Shown: in pieces, positions 63,820-64,000 of the stretch
Position numbering within the stretch: position 1 is the first letter of the stretch
How the letters are laid out: every line of letters begins with the position of its first letter
Assembly (NCBI GenBank): GCA_036918135.1
Contig: JBALDB010000018.1
Location: 88,113-152,112 of the forward strand
DNA length: 64,000 nt
Direction: 5' to 3'
Origin: Nostoc sp.
GTDB taxonomy: Bacteria > Cyanobacteriota > Cyanobacteriia > Cyanobacteriales > Nostocaceae
The notes under the pieces: model-generated
The model's database searches: none
What the model was told of the DNA's origin: nothing
What the model saw: the letters and a program-made list of their open reading frames with translations, nothing else
Made by a program: the position numbers and the translations under genes

Positions 63820-63905
63820 TAGTACTTGCTCCTCGGCTGCATGATTGTAAAATCAAAATTTTCATTTACTTAAAAGGTTGTGTAAATAAAAAATGACCAA
63901 TCAAT

Positions 63906-64000
63906 ATGAACCTATCCCACTAATAATATTTTGTTAATCCAGATGTGGATAGTAGCAAGGTCAATGAATGCATCAAAGTAAACCTTTTGACGTTCCCATC
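63906..64000 (-). mobile_element. 3' end of a probable IS5-family transposase and element end (truncated by the window)
   Basis: Minus strand reads WERQKVYFDAFIDLATIHIWINKILLVG* (stop at 63912), resembling the RWER...F..F C-terminus of IS5 transposases. Confidence 0.6.

Overview
Core-chromosome segment of a heterocyst-forming cyanobacterium (Nostoc/Anabaena-like), judged from hetZ-patU, tandem amiC genes, frequent HIP1 (GCGATCGC) sites and heptamer STRR repeats. Most of it is housekeeping and envelope genes: a partial transglutaminase gene, patU-hetZ, sds, murI, amiC2/amiC1, a Na+/H+ antiporter, ssb, mreBCD, uvrB, two rhomboids, a DegT-cyanoexosortase B-wza-wzc operon, ictB, smpB, murB/murC, nadD, gap2, thiL, efp-accB and proS. 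Accessory material includes a decayed IS630 element, the end of an IS5-like element, several MITEs and small dispersed repeats, four Uma2 genes, and a small island behind uvrB. The best candidate for an undescribed system is in that island: a tightly packed operon encoding an H-box-less GHKL/HATPase kinase, a STAS-like protein and a PIN nuclease (27936-29840), suggesting a partner-switch-controlled toxin or defence module. Other notable items are a His-to-Gln pseudo-histidine kinase, a solitary CRISPR-like repeat between efp and accB, a candidate structured sRNA downstream of mreD, a HetR box inside a coding sequence, three Yfr1-type seed sites and in-frame mini-repeat insertions in mreD and thiL. 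All assignments come from reading motifs by eye; no searches were run.
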